The notes under the pieces: generated by a model
What the model was told of the DNA's origin: nothing
Databases searched by the model: none
Seen by the model: the letters and a program-made list of their open reading frames with translations, nothing else
Part shown: one piece after another, positions 61,599 through 64,000 of the stretch
How the letters are laid out: the number at the start of each line of letters is the position of its first letter
Position numbering within the stretch: the stretch's first letter is position 1
NCBI GenBank assembly: GCA_951406725.2
Contig: OX597827.1
Span: 15,934,001 to 15,998,000, forward strand
DNA length: 64,000 nucleotides
Direction of reading: 5' to 3'
From: Octopus vulgaris
Lineage: Eukaryota
Program-made: the position numbers and the translations under genes

Positions 61599-62904
61599 TT
61601 ATATAAACTTTTACCGAATATGGTCCTTTTCCATACCGAAACAGTACTTGGTGAAATTTGTTGATTTTATTAAATTAATTATATTTCACCCTTTATCTGT
61701 ATATATATATATATATATGCACACATACACATATCAATATATGTATAACATATACGTACATATACAAACACATTATTATATCTCAGGAAGGTTATTATGC
61801 CACTAATAAATGTATTCACAGGTTCTATTTCCCTTCTTTTAGTAGTATTGGTTAATTTGTTAAAATGTAACCACTTAACCCATCAACTGTTAGGTCAATC
61901 AATCAATGGTTTCAATTTGAGAAACCAAGCAGATTAATTGACCAAACAATTAATCAATGGTTGAATGATTAACCAATTGATTAATAACAATAATAATGAT
62001 AATAGTAGTAGTAGTAGTAGTAGTGGTGATGGTGGTAGTAGTAGTAGTAGTAGTAATAGTAGTAGTAGTGGTGGTGGTGGTGGTAGTGGTGGTGGTGGTA
62101 GTAGAAGTGAAATGGAACCAGTATCTGTCTATTAGGATAATGACCCCACCCAAGATAACGAAATTTGTTTCAACGAGTTTGTATGTGTGCGCACGTGTCA
62201 GTGTGTATTGTGTGTGTGATTGCGTGTGTGTGTGTATGTGTATTTATTCCTTATGTTCTGACATTGTCTGCATGGCATGTTGCGTAAAAAATAAGGTCAC
62301 CATCTATACAGTAATATTATTTTTTACAATCTAATGTGAAAGAAATAGCTTAACCACTGAGTTGTTTGTTGTTTGAAGGATTAGGGGAACTAGCACATTA
62401 CTTGGAAACAGGAAGGGGTTAGGCAACAGAAAGGGCCCCCAACCATGGGAAAATTGGTTCAATAAATTTCACCTGACTTAGGCCAGCATGGAAAAGTGGA
62501 TGTTAAAATAATGTCAAAAGGTGTGGCTGTGAGGTAAAAAGCTTGTTTTCCAACCGCATGGTTCTGGGTTCAGTCCCACTGCGTGGCACCTTGGGCAGGT
62601 GTCTTCTACTATAGCCTCAAGCCAATGAAAGCTTTGAGTGGATTTGGTAGACGGAAACTGAAAGAAGCCTGTCATATATGTATATATATATATATGTGTG
62701 TATATGTTTGTCCCTCTAGCACTGCTTGACAACCGATGCTGGTGTGTTTATGTCCCTGTTACTTAGTGGTTCGGCAAAAGAAACTGATTGAATAAGTACT
62801 GGGCTTACAAAAGAATAAGTCCCGGGGTCGAGTTGCTCGATTAAAGGTGGTGCTCCAGCATGGCCGCAGTCAAATGACTGAAACAAGTAAAAGAGTAAAA
62901 AAGA

Positions 62905-62954
<50 letters not shown>

Positions 62955-63182
62955 CATCATCATCATTTAACGTCTGCTTTCCATGCTAGCATGGGTTGGA
63001 TGATTTGACTGAGGTCTGGCGAACCAGATCACTGCACCAGACTCCAATCTGATATGGCAGAGTTTCTACAGCTGGATGCCATTCCTACTGCTAACCGCTC
63101 CGAGAGTGTAGTGGGTGCTTTTATGTGCCCCCGGCACGAGGGCCAGTCAGGTAGTACTGGCAATGGCCACCTCAAATGGCAC

Positions 63183-63213
<31 letters not shown>

Positions 63214-63529
63214 GTGAATAAGGGTAGAAATTGATATGAATCAATTAAAACCAGTGGCCTAGCATATTAAAATAATCCGAAGATTAAAATATTTTTACAT
63301 ACAAAATTTTAGTGGTCAGTCAGTCCTTTAAATTTTGTATGTAAAAAAAAAATATATATAATATATATATATATAGGCGCAGGAGTGGCTGTGTGGTAAG
63401 TAGCTTGCTTACCAACCACATGGTTCCGGGTTCAGTCCCACTGCCTGGGCAAGTGTCTTCTGCTATAGCCCTGGGCCGACCAATGCCTTGTGAGTGGATT
63501 TGGTAGACGGAAACTGAAAGAAGCCTGTC

Positions 63530-63575
<46 letters not shown>

Positions 63576-64000
63576 ATATGTTTGTGTGTCTGTGTTTGTC
63601 CCCCTATGCTGGTGTGTTTACGTCCCCGTCGCTTAGCGGTGCGGCAATAGAGACCGATAGAATAAGTACTGGGCTTACAAAAGAATAAGTCCTGGGGTCG
63701 ATTTGCTCGACTAAAGGCGATGCTGCAGCATGGCCGCAGTCAAATGACTGAAACCAGTAAAAGAGATATATATATACATATACGGGGTGGCCTAGAAGTA
63801 GGATTACAGTTATTCAACTCTTTTGCATTCATATATAAACAGTTTAGATCTTAATTATAAAAAAAAAAACATGAAACCATTATTCTTACATCCTCTTCAC
63901 AGAAAAGGATGTATCATAAAGACTGATCATCCTCTTCGGAGCCAGATAATACTTCAGCTTTCAACAAATTATCTCTAAAAACCTCATTCATCACCCATAA

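Noticed and set aside
61950-62334. Poly-Thr / poly-Val ORFs
   Set aside because: (TAG/TGG)n microsatellite; no coding context.

Overview
AT-rich, intron- and repeat-dense animal genomic DNA; the SINE families suggest an octopus (inference). Two spliced genes converge tail-to-tail. On +, eIF3a has 19 coding exons (1760-30782; the N-terminal ~125 aa lie upstream of the window). On -, RPP30 has six 3' exons (46367-37114), including a U12-type minor intron; its 5' exons were not found. An unrecognised TM-containing ORF/first exon (+, 51104-51652) sits antisense in the RPP30 upstream intron. The rest is SINEs, RTE/CR1 LINE remnants, piggyBac-, Merlin- and hAT-like MITEs, a Helitron, Tc1/mariner and Chapaev-like fossils and microsatellites. 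Most notable: (i) a tandem array of 335-355 bp highly structured units carrying a type I hammerhead ribozyme with a palindromic stem III (55927-57343), i.e. a non-LTR retrozyme-like element; (ii) two further hammerhead-bearing Penelope-like families (49362-49605, 25729-25812); (iii) a pre-tRNA-Asp/SINE chimeric retrocopy inside one 15-bp TSD (40539-40845). All folds and alignments were done by eye; no searches were run.
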